Below, piece by piece: positions 38,224-49,737 of a stretch of 64,000 bases of DNA. Source of the stretch: an uncultured bacterium. GTDB lineage: Bacteria > Auribacterota > Erginobacteria > Erginobacterales > Erginobacteraceae. The notes below the pieces were generated by a model. It was not told the DNA's origin and did no database searches. It was given only the letters and a program-made list of their open reading frames with translations. The stretch spans positions 32,001 to 96,000 of the forward strand of contig CAWGIE010000035.1 of assembly GCA_963822585.1 (NCBI GenBank), in the 5' to 3' direction. The translations under genes were made by a program, and so were the position numbers. The number at the start of each line of letters is the position of its first letter. Position 1 is the stretch's first letter.

Positions 38224-41205
38224 ATGACTAAATATCTATCATACTGTGCTCTTTGTTTATTAACAGTATTCTTTCTCCATAATACCGCCGCGATGGGGGT
38301 TACCCCATCACCGTCATCCATCCCCGAGCCGACCCCGGTTCCCGCACCGACACCGCCGCCGGGGACGATCCGGGTCACTATTCTCTCCAACCTGGAGAAA
38401 CCGGTCTCCGGGGTCCGTGTCTCCGTCTTCAGGCTGAGAGGACCGGATGGGGAAGAGCTTTCACCCTGCGACGGATATGAAGAGATCGCACTGGAGGCGA
38501 AATCGGAGACGCTCTTTGAGAAGGACCTTTCACCCGGGCCGTACCGGGTGGAGGCTTCCGCGCCGGGATGGATAGGCGAGGCGATCGAGCAGGTTGAGAT
38601 GAAGGAGGGAGAGGTCCGGGAACTGACGATCAAGCTGCAGCCGGGGCAGAGAATCGCCGGCCGGGTGGAGGATGGAGAAGGGGGCTCCCTGGCCGGGGTT
38701 GAAATTGACTACTGGTCGTCATCGGGGATGGATACCGGCCCTTCTCTTTATTTGGTGGAGAGAAAGTCCGTCACCAACAGCGACGGCCGGTTCGATCTGA
38801 ACGAGTTAAGAGAAGGGGTTTATTCGGTCACCGCTTCCCGGGAAGGATATATTAAAAATACCCGGGACGACGTGGCGACCGGGACGGATAATCTGCTGAT
38901 GGTATTGAGAAAAGGGTATGTTATCACAGGAGTTCTTCAGGGCGATCTGGAGGATCTGGGCTCCCCCGTTCGACTGGATTTCAAAAAAGGGAAATGGGGA
39001 TCCTTCAGCCGGTCAGTTGATCTCGATCCGGAAAATAGTTTCTCCGTCTCGGATCTGGAGCGGGGGAGTTACAATATCCGGATCAAGAGCGGGGATTATA
39101 TCTCCGATTGGGCCGTGAACATTCCGGTTGTTTCCGAGAACAGGCCTGTTCCCGTGGTTCTGACCGTTTACCGGGGCGCGAGCATCTCAGGCCGGGTCGT
39201 TGACGGAAAGACGAATATCCCACTGGAAAACGTTCGGGTTGACCTCGATCCCGTCAACGGCACGAGAGGGGATATCGATACCACCGATGAAGAGGGGATG
39301 TATGAGTTCAAGGCCCTTCCGGCGGGGAATTACCGGCTGGCCGCCCGGCTCGGGTATGAACCCTGGCGGAAAAAACGGGTTGAAAAAGAGATCAGCCTGG
39401 CCTCCGGGGAGAAGCTGACCGGGATAGACCTGGAGCTTGATCCGGGGCGCCGGATAACGGTGAACGGGTTGGTCGTGGATGGGGATGGAAGGCCGGTCTC
39501 CGGAGCCAAGATCCGGGAACATTTCCGTCTCCCGGGGGAAGAGATGTTCACATCCAATTACAGGGGCAACCTTCTCTCGGATGAATCGGGCGCCTTCAGT
39601 ATGGAAATCCTGGTCCCGAAGGACGCGGAGATCAAACTGGAGGCCGAGAAGAAAGGCTTTGCCCCCAGCCGGGATGAGAACGTTCCTCTTTCCTCGGGGC
39701 GCGACCGCGTGGAGGGGATTGTTCTCCAGATGAGTTCGGGAGCGGATCTAGCGGTGGAGGTGGAGGATGAAGAGGGGGGTGCGATTCCCGGTGCCGTGGT
39801 CTCCCTCACGACCGACTGGGACTGGTCGGCCCGGAAGGAAACTCCGTTCCGGTTCCTGGAAAAAAAGAAGCTCTCCGACAGCCGGGGTCGGATGCCTTTT
39901 CGATAATCTCTCTCCAAATGATTTTCAGGATCAAGGCCTCAAAGGATGGGTACAGCCCGGCATCGGAAAAGTTCACCCTCCCGGAAGATGAAGCAAGCGC
40001 CGCCGTGACGGTGACGATGCAGAAAGGCCGCGATCTCCTGGTCACGGTCAAGGATACCCGGGGGGAGGCGGTGGAAGGAGCGGCGGTATCCTTCCAGGAA
40101 CCGAGCCGGGGATTCACGATCGTCACCTTCTTCCTAGACGAGAAGAACCGTACCGATTCGCGGGGAATGGTCATTCTTCGCGATCTCCCTCCCCAGCCGG
40201 TCCTCGTCTCGGCGTAGGCCGACGGTTATTCCGCCACCCGCCGCCAGAAGGTAGGGGCCGATCAGGACGCAGTTGAAGTGATCTTGAATGATGCCGGTTC
40301 GATCCGGGGGCGTTTCCTGACCACGGGGAAGAAACCGGTCGCTGAAGTTAATATTTTTCCCTGGAAGAAAAAGAACGATCCCTTTGATTTCTTCTCGGGC
40401 TTCGGGGGCGTCACCCAGACAGTCGAGCTGGGGGAAGGATCGTTCCGGTTCGGTGGCCTGGTCCCCGGTACTTATGATCTGACCGTTGATTCGCCCGGTC
40501 TGGCTAGAAAAAAGATCGAGGGGGTGGAGGTGGAACCGGGTGAAGAGACCGAACTGGGAGAGGTCGTACTCCATCCGGAGGGGACGATCGCCGGCACGGT
40601 CGTCGACAGCCTGACCGGCGAACCGCTGGAGAAGTTCTGGGTCCGGATCAAGGGAGAGGGGTCGGTCGGCATTCCCCCCTTCGGCCGGCAAGAAGCGGGC
40701 GGCTATAGATTGGAACGACTTGGCGCGGGAGAGTATACGCTGATTGTGGACGCCAAGGATTATAAGCCGAAGGAAATCCCCGGCGTATCCCTCTCGGCGG
40801 GTGAGGAGGAAAAAGTCCCTCGGATCGAACTGGAGCGGATTACACCAGGAAGAAAAAGAAGAGCGCGACCGGGAGCAAAATGTCATCCCCTCGCTGGGGG
40901 TGCGGATCGGAATCGGGGAGGTGACAGAGGAGGGGGGGGTCTTCCCGGATGGTCTGCCGGTCGCGGAGGTGCTGCCGGGATCGTCGGCGGAGAAAGGAGG
41001 CCTTCTGGCTGGCGACAAGATCAAGAAGATCGACGGGAAGATGTTCTCGGAGGATCCGGAAGGCTTTTTTAAAGGCTGGATGGCAAAGCCGGGTACTGTG
41101 GTGAAGATCACCGTGGTGAGAGAAGGGACCGGGAAAGAGGAGGAGATCGAGCTCACCATCGGCGATTGGGATTATGAAGAGTTATTGAGAAAGGCGATGG
41201 AATAA
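38224..41205 (+). CDS. Secreted protein with tandem carboxypeptidase-regulatory-like (CnaB/prealbumin-fold) domains and C-terminal PDZ; split by frameshifts and one TAG
   Basis: Repeated I.GRV.D..G.P..GV.V...TD..G.F....L..G.Y.V.A...GY units continue across ORFs 38170-39906, 39918-40217, 40278-~40850 and 40744-41205; VLPGSSAEKGGL..GD.I..IDG PDZ motif. Confidence 0.78.
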
Positions 41206-41242
41206 TCCGATGTCTGCCTGACGGCAGGCAGACATCGGATTA
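41203..41242. terminator. 18-bp hairpin at the PDZ gene stop
   Basis: taatccgatgtctgcctg-acgg-caggcagacatcggatta. Confidence 0.55.
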
Positions 41243-41476
41243 GATTTGAACAATGCCGGAGCTGGTATTAACAGCAGTGTAATCAGGTATTGATCATAGT
41301 ATGAATCCGGACTCATCTTGACGCCGCCGCTTTTCCGCCGTATAATAAAATGGTATATTTTAACCTGTATTTCTCGTTCCCACGCGGAGCGTGGTAGCGA
41401 GAAGAAAATACTTGGTGTCTTGGTGCCTTGGTGGCATAAAGTTGCGAAGTTAACTTCTAATGAGGAGGTAATATGT

Positions 41477-42811
41477 ATGAAGAAGACAATGGTTTTTATT
41501 TTGGCGGCTGCTCTTTCGGTGCTGGCGGGGGCGGTCCCGGCCCGGGCCCAGGTGACGGACATCCAGGGCCTGATCGATAACGCTTCCCCGGGCACGGTTG
41601 TCTCGGTCCCGGCCGGAAACTATCGTGTCAACCTGATCCTGAAAGAAGGGGTGATCCTGGAAGGGGCGGGGGCCGAGGTGACACTTCTCGATGGCGGAGG
41701 AAAGGGCCCGGTCATCGTGGGAGAGGAGGGGAGCGTCGTCAAGGGGTTCACCATCACCAACGGGATCGAAGGGGTGAAGCTCTCCGGCAGTTTGATGGGC
41801 GTCTTCGAGAACGTCATCACCGGGAATAAAGGGAGCGGGATCCGGGCCGGCGGCGGCGACTGCGTGGTCATTAACAACTACATCGGGGCCAATAAAGGTC
41901 CCGCCGGGATCGACACCGCCCGGGCGTATGTTCTGGCCGCCAATAACTGTGTCTGCGGAGGAAAGGCGGCCTTCCTGTTCTGGAAGTCTCCCAAATCCAC
42001 GGTCGTGAATAACGTGATCGGATTCTCCGAGACGGGGGTGCTCCGGGACGATGAGTCCGCCCCGGTTATCGATAACAATATTTTCTGGGGGAACGGGGTC
42101 GATTTTGCCCCGATCGCGCCGGAGGAAGGAGAGAATTATTTCCAGGACCCGATCCTCCTGACAGGGGAGAACGGGGTTTGCCGTTTGGCGGAAGATTCTC
42201 CGGCAGGGGAATGGGGCGTCCCGGTCGAAGGCTTGCCGGAAGAGCTGACCGCCGGCATCGGCTCCGGCCCTTCGGGCAGCGTTCCCCTCGCGGTTTATCT
42301 GGGGATCATGTCGGCGGTGCGGTCCGGAACGCTGGGAGATCAGCCCCTGGTTGAATATGAACTGCTGGATGAGATCGGGAGTTTCGGCGTTGCCACCTCT
42401 TTCCCGCGGCCGGATTTTACCGTCGGTTCGTCGGCCCCCGCCACCGCTATCGAGGATATCGAAGCCTTTGATAAGGAAAGCCTCGATACGCTGATCGACC
42501 GCCTGATCCCCGACGATCCGCCCGCGGTAGAGGTGAGATGCCCGGGCGGGGCGGACTATCCCCGGGAGAATGACCGCTACGTCATGGAGAGCGTCTTCGT
42601 TAACCCCGATTCCTATTATGCGACCCCGGACGGCCTCCTTCACTTTGTTCGCAGCACTTCTTTCCCCCGGATCACGGTGACCATCCCCAAGGGATACGAA
42701 GTCGCGAGCCTCGCCCCGGAAGGGGAGATCGATCAAGAAACGGGGGCCGTCTCGCTCCTGAACCCCGATCAGGCCCTGATCGAGATCAACCTGGTCCTCT
42801 CCCCGCTCTGA
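41477..42811 (+). CDS. Secreted right-handed parallel beta-helix (pectin-lyase fold) protein
   Basis: GAGGAGG RBS, signal peptide, IQ..ID.A.PG..V.V..G.Y, GFTITNG, repeated I.NN.I..N. Confidence 0.8.
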   Translation: MKKTMVFILAAALSVLAGAVPARAQVTDIQGLIDNASPGTVVSVPAGNYRVNLILKEGVILEGAGAEVTLLDGGGKGPVIVGEEGSVVKGFTITNGIEGVKLSGSLMGVFENVITGNKGSGIRAGGGDCVVINNYIGANKGPAGIDTARAYVLAANNCVCGGKAAFLFWKSPKSTVVNNVIGFSETGVLRDDESAPVIDNNIFWGNGVDFAPIAPEEGENYFQDPILLTGENGVCRLAEDSPAGEWGVPVEGLPEELTAGIGSGPSGSVPLAVYLGIMSAVRSGTLGDQPLVEYELLDEIGSFGVATSFPRPDFTVGSSAPATAIEDIEAFDKESLDTLIDRLIPDDPPAVEVRCPGGADYPRENDRYVMESVFVNPDSYYATPDGLLHFVRSTSFPRITVTIPKGYEVASLAPEGEIDQETGAVSLLNPDQALIEINLVLSPL

Positions 42812-42832
42812 ACCGCCAAGAAATTAAAAAGA

Positions 42833-43076
42833 GAATATCGAACACCGAATATCGAATGTCGAATGTCGAAGAAGAAGCATTCATAATTCGAAATTCGATG
42901 TTCGATATTTGCTTTTCTCCTTGTGTCTTAATTTTACTCTGTTTGAAAAGCTTATTTTATTGAATTAAAGCTAATTAAAACCACGAAGGACACGAAGATC
43001 ACGAAGGTTTTTTGAAAAATGAGCTGGATCTTATTTTTCCTCAACTATTCTTCGTGTACTTCGTGACCTTCGTGGT
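42833..43076. repeat. AATATCG inverted element followed by a CACGAAG inverted element (42980-43076)
   Basis: gaatatcgaacaccgaatatcgaatgtcgaatgtcg ... ttcgatgttcgatatt; accacgaaggacacgaagatcacgaag ... cttcgtgtacttcgtgaccttcgtggt. Confidence 0.88.
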
Positions 43077-43141
43077 GAATCAGTTCGTTCTTCCAGGTAA
43101 GATTTTTTAATTCCTTTTCGAGTATAGTCTAATTAACCATT

Positions 43142-44052
43142 GTGAATCGTTTCGATGTAGTAGGAATCGGTCGTAACTGCATTGATTACCTCGCGCTGGT
43201 TCCTTCCCTTCCGCCCCCCGACAGCAAGGTCCCGGTGAAGGAATACCGGGTGGTCGGCGGCGGCCAGGCCACTACCGCGCTGGCCGCTCTCTCCCGGTTG
43301 GGGCTGAAGACCGCTTACGTGGGCGTGGTGGGGGATGACGCCGGCGGCCGGATGGTCCTGGAGGGGTTGCGGGAGATGGGGGTGAACGTCTCCAACGTGG
43401 TGGTGGAGGAGGGGGGAACCACACCGGTTGCCCTGATCTTTGTCGACGAGGAGGCCCACACCCGGACCATCGCCTACCAGCCGACCGCCCCCGGCCGCCT
43501 CTCTGTGAACGCGGTCGATAGGGACTTCATCCTCTCCGCCCGTTGCCTGATGATCGATCCCCATGAGACGCTCTTCGGCCTGGAGATCGCTAAAGACGCC
43601 CGCCTCCGCGAGATCCCGATCATCTACGACGCCGAACACATGACCGAAGGGTTTGAGGAAATGCTGGGCGCTGCCGACTACGTCGTCGGCTCCGAAGACG
43701 TGGTGAAAACCCTGGGCGCGTCCGGTCCGGAGGATGCCCTGGAAAAAATTCTCGCCGCCGGCCCCACCGCGGCCGTGATCACGCTCGGAAAGCGGGGGTC
43801 GGTCGCCCTGACGCCGGAAGGGTACGTCCGGCGCCCGGCCTTTCCGGTCACGGTGGTCGATACCACCGCCGCCGGCGACGCCTTCCACGCCGGTTTCGCC
43901 TATTCGGTTCTCCAGGGATGGGGGATGGAGAATACCCTGGAGTTCTCCAACACCCTGGGCGCCCTGGTCTGCCGGGGGCTGGGGGGCGGGAAACCCTCCC
44001 CGACTTGGCCGAGGTCACCGGGTTTTTAAGAAAAGAAGCAGGCTGGGATTAA
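43142..44052 (+). CDS. PfkB-family carbohydrate kinase (frameshift in a G run near the 3' end)
   Basis: GGG..T...ALSRLG, G.VGDD..G, VITLG.RG, VDTTAAGDAFHAGF; shifted frame gives GGRETLPDLAEV ending at TAA 44052. Confidence 0.88.
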
Positions 44053-44092
44053 AGCATGTATACATCCCCGTTTCACCGCAGGGTGATTGGGG

Positions 44093-44903
44093 TCAGAGCT
44101 TGTTTATTGCGGTAACTCGGCCCAGCAGGCGGTCCAGTTCCCGCAGGCAGCGTTTCATCCCCTTTTGCTTCGTCGGCTCTTCCAGGAACGGCTTGATCAG
44201 GGCGCTCCCCACGATCGCCCCGTCGGCGGCCTTCCAGACCTCGAGCAGGTGCTTCCGGGTCGAGATGCCGAAGCCGACGGCAATCGGCAGGCCGGTCAGT
44301 CTCTTGATTTCGGCGCACCTTTTCCCCCAACTCCCGCGAAAGTGATTCCTGCGCGCCGGTGACGCCGGTCCGGGAGACGTAATAGATAAAGCCGCCGCTC
44401 TTTTCGGCGACCAGCTTCATCCTCTCCGGGCCGCTGGTCGGGGCGAGGAGGAAGATGGTATGGACGCCGCGGGCCCGCAGGGGGAGCCGGATCGGATCGG
44501 AGGCTTCCGGGGGGAGGTCGGGGATGATGACGCCGTCCACGCCCGCCCGCGACAGCTCCCGGGCCAGCCGGCCCGGTGACCGGCTGAGGAAGGGATTGAG
44601 GTATCCCATCATAACCAGGGGTATTCCGGATACCTGCCGTATCTCGGCCGCCAGGCAAAGAGCATCCGCGAAGGTCGTCCCCCCCTCCAGCGCCGCCTGG
44701 GAGGAGGCCTGGATAGTGGGACCATCGGCGATGGGATCGGAGAAGGGGATGCCCAGCTCAACGATGTCGACCCCCCGCTTCTCCATCTCCCGCACCAGCT
44801 TGAGATTGGTCTCCAGGTCCGGAAACCCGACCGTGAGGTAGGCGATGAAAGCCTTGCGCTTTTGTTTCCTTAATTTAGCGAATGTCGAATCGATGCGGTT
44901 CAT
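44093..44903 (-). CDS. trpA: Tryptophan synthase alpha chain (1-nt frameshift near 44315)
   Basis: ELGIPFSDPIADGPTIQ, IIPDLP, SRTGVTG; conserved LPIAVGFGIS...ADGAIVGSA tail lies in the neighbouring frame. Confidence 0.93.
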
Positions 44904-44918
44904 GATGGCATAAAAGAA

Positions 44919-45125
44919 GTAGGATCGCCCTTCCGATAAAACCGGAAGGGCTTGCAGTATCGGCTAACGCCTTGTAGGAAATGTAGGATCGCCGTGCCTG
45001 CGGCACGGCTTGCTTCGGCCGGATGGCTCATTTGCAAGCGAAGCGGTCCTACAACTCCTACAAAGAATGCCGAAGGCATTCTGATCCTACAAGTCCTGAA
45101 GCGAAGCGAAAGGACGATCCTACAT
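44919..45125. repeat. GTAGGA.../...TCCTACA inverted repeat mosaic between trpB and trpA
   Basis: gtaggatcgcc, gtaggaaatgtaggatcgcc versus ggtcctacaactcctaca, gatcctaca. Confidence 0.7.
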
Positions 45126-46307
45126 TTTTTCATCCCATTTTCTCAGTATGTCCAGGTCCTTATCCCCACGGCCGGATAAACAGACGATGATGGTTTTCTT
45201 TTTCCCCAGACGCCGGGCAAGAGTTATCGCGTAGGCGACGGCGTGAGCGGACTCCAGGGCGGGGATGATCCCTTCCCGGCGGCTGAGCAGGACGGTGGCC
45301 CGGACCGCCTGCCGGTCGGTGACCGAAACATATTCGGCCCGGCCGGACTCCTTGAAATAGCTGTGTTCCGGCCCCACACCGGGATAGTCGAGCCCGGCCG
45401 AGATTGAATGCGCCTCCCGGATTTGGCCTTCCCGGTCCTGGAGGAGGTAGCTGTAGCTGCCGTGGAGCACCCCCGGTCTGCCTTTACCCAGGGAGGCGGC
45501 GTGTTTTCCCGTCGCGAGGCCGTATCCCCCCGCCTCGACGCCGATCATCCGGACCGGTTCGTTCCGGAAGGGATAAAATAATCCCAGCGAGTTACTCCCG
45601 CCGCCCACGCAGGCGACCAGGCAATCGGGGAGGCTGCCGCTTATTTGTTTAAATTGGCGTTTCGCCTCCCGGCCGATGACCGCCTGGAAATCCCGGACCA
45701 TGGCCGGGTAGGGGCGCGGCCCGACGGTCGAGCCCAGCAGGTAGTAGGTGTCCCGGACGTTGGTGACCCAGTCCCGCAGCGCCTCGTTGCAGGCGTCCTT
45801 TAGCGTCCGGCTGCCGGTCAAAACCGGGATGACCCGGGCCCCCAGTAGCTCCATCCGGAAGACATTGAGGGCCTGCCGCTTGACGTCCTCGCTCCCCATG
45901 TAGACCTCGCAGGACAGTCCGAGCAGGGCGCAGACGGTGGCGGTGGCGACGCCGTGCTGTCCGGCCCCGGTCTCGGCGATGACCCGTTTCTTCCCCATCT
46001 TCCCGGCCAGGAGCGCCTGCCCCAGGCAGTTATTGATCTTGTGAGCGCCGGTGTGGCAGAGATCTTCCCGCTTGAGAAATATCCGGGCGCCCCCGGCATA
46101 AGCAGTAAGGCGATCGGCAAAATAGAGCGGCGTCGGGCGCCCCGCGTAATCGGCCAGCAGGCTCTTGAGCCGGGCCCGGAAAGAGCTGTCCCGGCTGTAG
46201 CGGCGGTAGGCATCCTCCAGTTCCCGGAGGGGAGCCATCAGCGTCTCGGGGACGTACTGGCCGCCGAATTGTCCGAAGCCGTGATCAGAATTTGTTTTAT
46301 GTTTCAT
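45120..46307 (-). CDS. trpB: Tryptophan synthase beta chain
   Basis: [56 protein letters not shown]. Confidence 0.97.
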   Translation of the reverse strand: MKHKTNSDHGFGQFGGQYVPETLMAPLRELEDAYRRYSRDSSFRARLKSLLADYAGRPTPLYFADRLTAYAGGARIFLKREDLCHTGAHKINNCLGQALLAGKMGKKRVIAETGAGQHGVATATVCALLGLSCEVYMGSEDVKRQALNVFRMELLGARVIPVLTGSRTLKDACNEALRDWVTNVRDTYYLLGSTVGPRPYPAMVRDFQAVIGREAKRQFKQISGSLPDCLVACVGGGSNSLGLFYPFRNEPVRMIGVEAGGYGLATGKHAASLGKGRPGVLHGSYSYLLQDREGQIREAHSISAGLDYPGVGPEHSYFKESGRAEYVSVTDRQAVRATVLLSRREGIIPALESAHAVAYAITLARRLGKKKTIIVCLSGRGDKDLDILRKWDEKM

Positions 46308-46479
46308 GTTCCCTGAGATTCAGTAAGGTTGTAATTTTTTACCACGAAGGACACGAAGAACACGAAGAAAAAGTGAATGGAGAAAAAGGACTGCAAGAAT
46401 GGCTTGAGCATGAGTCTTCTGTCTCTTCAGTCTCTTATGTCTCTACTCTGCCAAATCTTTTTCTTCAACCACTTTATCA

Positions 46480-47100
46480 TTAGCTTCGGGCCTCTCGTAC
46501 GAATGCCCGTATCTTATCATGGTCTTTTATCCCCGGGGCGCACTCGACGCCGGAAGAGACGTCCACCCCCCAGGGCCGCACCTCATCTATCGCCGTGCGA
46601 ACGTTCTCCGGAGTCAACCCCCCGGCCAGCATGATCGGGAGTCCAGATTCGGTTAGCCGGGAAGCCACGCTCCAGTCACAGGTTCTTCCGGTCCCTCCGG
46701 CTGCATCTTTGGTGAAGGTGTCAAGCAGGAAAGCATCCGGCCGATAACCGCCCGGCAGTTCCGTGAAACTGTTCCCTCCGATTCTGACAACTTTGAAGTA
46801 AGGGCGCCCGAACTGCTCACAATATTCCGGCGGTTCGCTGCCGTGGAACTGGAGAATATCGAGGTGACAGATTTCGAGCGTCTTCAGAACCATATCGGGG
46901 TTCTCGTGCATGAAGACGCCCACCCGCCGGATCTCTTCCGGTACAAGTTCGGCAAGAGTCCTGGCCTGCCCCATGTTTAAAAAACGCGGCGTCTTGGGGA
47001 CGAAGATGAATCCGGCAAAGTCGACCGGCACCTGCTGGAGAAAGAGCACATCCTCCGGTCGGGTCAGACCACAGATTTTTATTTTTATTCTATCCGTCAA
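46480..47100 (-). CDS. trpF: Phosphoribosylanthranilate isomerase
   Basis: IKICGLT, GFIF...PR, Q.HG.E, GGTG, LAGGL.PENV, GVDVSSGVE..PG.KD. Confidence 0.95.
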   Translation of the reverse strand: MTDRIKIKICGLTRPEDVLFLQQVPVDFAGFIFVPKTPRFLNMGQARTLAELVPEEIRRVGVFMHENPDMVLKTLEICHLDILQFHGSEPPEYCEQFGRPYFKVVRIGGNSFTELPGGYRPDAFLLDTFTKDAAGGTGRTCDWSVASRLTESGLPIMLAGGLTPENVRTAIDEVRPWGVDVSSGVECAPGIKDHDKIRAFVREARS

Positions 47101-47876
47101 ATATTTATAAGCTCCTTGATAGTTGCTTTAACATTACCACTCCTGACCAGGGTCTCCCCGACTAGGATCGCGTCCGCGCCGGCGGCCACCAGGCGGCGGA
47201 CGTCGTCGGCGGTCCGGATACCGCTCTCCGCCACCTTGAGCCGATCCTCCGGTATCAGGGACAACAGGCGCAAAGACGTCTCCAGGTCTACCTCCAGGGT
47301 CTTCAGGTCCCGGTTGTTGATGCCGATGATCCCGACCGGGGTACCGATCGCCTTCTCCAGTTCCTCCCCGCTGTGGCATTCAAGCAGGCAGGGAAGGCCG
47401 ATTCCGGCCGCCGTTCCCAGGAATCTTTCCAGCTCTTCTCCGTCCAGCATCTCCGCGATCAGTAAGACCGCGTCGGCCCCGGCGGACCGGGATTCATAGA
47501 TCTGATACTCATCGATGATAAAATCCTTCCGCAGAACGGGGAGAGTCACCGCTTTTTTGACTGCCCGCAGATCGTCGAGAGAGCCGCCGAAATAACCGGA
47601 CTCGGTAAGCACCGAGATCGCCGCCGCCCCGCCGTCCTGGTAAAGGAGAGCCAGAGCGACCGGGTCGAGATCATCGGCGATCGTCCCGGCGGAGGGGGAC
47701 GCTCTTTTGACCTCCGCGATCAGGGAAAATCCCGGTTTACCCAGCGCCCCCCGGAAATCCCGCGGGGGAGGGAGATCCCGGATGCGGGCGCGGAGTTCTT
47801 CCGGAGGCAGCTCTCTTTTCCGCTCGGCGACTTCGGCTTCCTTCAAACCCCGGATTGTCGTTAAAAAATCACTCAT
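47097..47876 (-). CDS. trpC: Indole-3-glycerol phosphate synthase
   Basis: IAEVKRASPS.G, ISVLTE, LRKDFIID.YQ, GINNRDL, AESGI, LVGE. Confidence 0.96.
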   Translation of the reverse strand: MSDFLTTIRGLKEAEVAERKRELPPEELRARIRDLPPPRDFRGALGKPGFSLIAEVKRASPSAGTIADDLDPVALALLYQDGGAAAISVLTESGYFGGSLDDLRAVKKAVTLPVLRKDFIIDEYQIYESRSAGADAVLLIAEMLDGEELERFLGTAAGIGLPCLLECHSGEELEKAIGTPVGIIGINNRDLKTLEVDLETSLRLLSLIPEDRLKVAESGIRTADDVRRLVAAGADAILVGETLVRSGNVKATIKELINI

Positions 47877-47912
47877 CTCTTCTGGTTTATGTGAGTCAAT
47901 CGACTAATTACA

Positions 47913-48127
47913 ACCACGAAGGACACGAAGGTCACGAAGGGGATCTGTATGGAAGACAGCACGATCTATCATATTATACGTCTATAATAATGCCTATGTT
48001 TTGAGCTTACCGGACCACTATAAAGATATTGCGTAAAACTTGAATTATTAAAGAATGAAATCTCGATATGTCCAACGGATTGATTTCTCTTCTCTTTTCT
48101 CTTCGTGTTCTTCGTGTCCTTCGTGGT
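47913..48127. repeat. CACGAAG inverted-repeat element with ~160-bp AT-rich core inside the trp operon
   Basis: accacgaaggacacgaaggtcacgaag ... cttcgtgttcttcgtgtccttcgtggt. Confidence 0.9.
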
Positions 48128-48144
48128 GAATAATAAAGTGTTCG

Positions 48145-49737
48145 TTATTTCTTCACGGTGATCTCTTTCAATCTCTCCAGCTTTTTCATCGCCTGCCCGG
48201 AATCAATCGACGTTCGGGCTTTTTCAATTCCCGCGCTCAGGTCGTCGGCTCCCCCTCCCAGCATGATCACCGCCCCGGCATTGAGAACGGCGACATCCGC
48301 CCGGGGGCCGTGCTTTCCCTCCAGGATAGCGAGAATGATCCGGGCGTTTTCGGCCGGCTCCCCTCCCTTCAACTCGTCCGGCCGGCAAAGTGCCAGGCCG
48401 ACTTGTTCTGGACTGAACTGAAAAGTCCGCACCTCGCCGTCCTTCAATTCGGAAACCACCGTGCCCGTGGTCAGGGTGATCTCGTCCAGGCCGTCCCCGC
48501 CGTGCACCACCCAGGCCCGTTCGCTCCCCAGATCCGCCAGGACCCGGGCCAGGGTCTCGGTCAGGGCTTCGCTGTAAACGCCGAGGAGCTGGACGGTAGC
48601 CCCGGCCGGGTTGGAGAGGGGTCCCAGGATGTTGAAGATGGTGCGGATCCCGATCTCCCGGCGGGGGCCGATGGCGTGTTTCATGGCCGCGTGAAGGAGG
48701 GGCGCGAAGAGAAAAGCGATCCCGATCTCCTCCAGGCATTTCTCCAGCACCTCCGGGGAGGCCATGAGGTTGACCCCCAGCTCGCGGAGAACGTCGGCGC
48801 TCCCGCAGCGGCTGGAGACCGAGCGGTTGCCGTGCTTGGCCACCGTGATCCCGGCCCCGGCCGCGATCAGTGCCGCGGCCGTGGAGATGTTGAAGGTATT
48901 GCTTTTGTCTCCCCCCGTTCCGCAGGTGTCGACCACCGTCCTGGCGGCCGGGGTCCTGATCGTCCGGGCCTTTTTCCGCATGATCCGGGCGCAGCCGCTG
49001 ATCTCCGGCACCGTCTCTCCTTTCAGACGCAGTCCGGTGATAAAAGCCGATATTTGGGCCGGCGTCGCCTCCCCGCTCATGATGGTATCCATCACCCCGG
49101 CCGCTTCCTCCCGGGAAAGATCGACGCCGCTGATCACCTTGTCGAGGGCATCCTTGATCTGGATCTGCTCGGTCTTGCCGGCGATGAAATTATGGAGGAG
49201 CCGTTTACCGTAACGGGTGAGGATCGATTCCGGATGGAACTGCACCCCCTCGACGGGAAATTTCCGGTGCCTGATCGCCATGATCTCTCCATCCGGCCCG
49301 CGGGCGCTGATCTCGAGTTCCGCGGGAAGGGTCTCCTCGTCGACGATCAGGGAGTGATAGCGGGTGGCCTCGAAGGGATTCTCCAACCCGGAGAAGATGG
49401 TCTTCCCGTCATGGGAGACCGGGGAGGTTTTTCCGTGCATGAGCCGGTCGGCCCTCCTGATCGTTCCTCCGAAGGCGTAGGCGATGGCCTGATGCCCCAG
49501 GCAGACCCCGAGAATGGGGATCTTCCCCGCGTAATGGGTGATGATCTCCACGGAAAGGCCGGCCTCTTCGGGGCGTCCCGGTCCGGGGGAGATCACGATC
49601 GCCGCCGGCTTAATCTCCTCTACCTCATCGAGGGTCAGCTGATCGTTCCGCCGGACCGTGACCTCTTCCCCCAGTTCTTCCAGATACTGCTTCAGGTTGT
49701 AGGTAAATGAGTCGTAGTTGTCGATCAGCAGGATCAT
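48145..49737 (-). CDS. trpD: Fused anthranilate synthase component II / anthranilate phosphoribosyltransferase (TrpGD)
   Basis: [34 protein letters not shown]; then [38 protein letters not shown]. Confidence 0.96.
   Translation of the reverse strand: MILLIDNYDSFTYNLKQYLEELGEEVTVRRNDQLTLDEVEEIKPAAIVISPGPGRPEEAGLSVEIITHYAGKIPILGVCLGHQAIAYAFGGTIRRADRLMHGKTSPVSHDGKTIFSGLENPFEATRYHSLIVDEETLPAELEISARGPDGEIMAIRHRKFPVEGVQFHPESILTRYGKRLLHNFIAGKTEQIQIKDALDKVISGVDLSREEAAGVMDTIMSGEATPAQISAFITGLRLKGETVPEISGCARIMRKKARTIRTPAARTVVDTCGTGGDKSNTFNISTAAALIAAGAGITVAKHGNRSVSSRCGSADVLRELGVNLMASPEVLEKCLEEIGIAFLFAPLLHAAMKHAIGPRREIGIRTIFNILGPLSNPAGATVQLLGVYSEALTETLARVLADLGSERAWVVHGGDGLDEITLTTGTVVSELKDGEVRTFQFSPEQVGLALCRPDELKGGEPAENARIILAILEGKHGPRADVAVLNAGAVIMLGGGADDLSAGIEKARTSIDSGQAMKKLERLKEITVKK

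Noticed and set aside
40215..40217. In-frame TAG as stop-codon recoding or pyrrolysine
   Set aside because: TAG terminates gspF, gspG and other clear genes; the site lies among nearby indels; no pyl genes seen
44093..44903. trpA as a true pseudogene
   Set aside because: The downstream frame keeps all conserved motifs and the rest of the operon is intact; an assembly error is more likely
48145..49737. TrpG-TrpD fusion as a novelty
   Set aside because: The fusion is well known, e.g. in enterobacteria and Thermotoga
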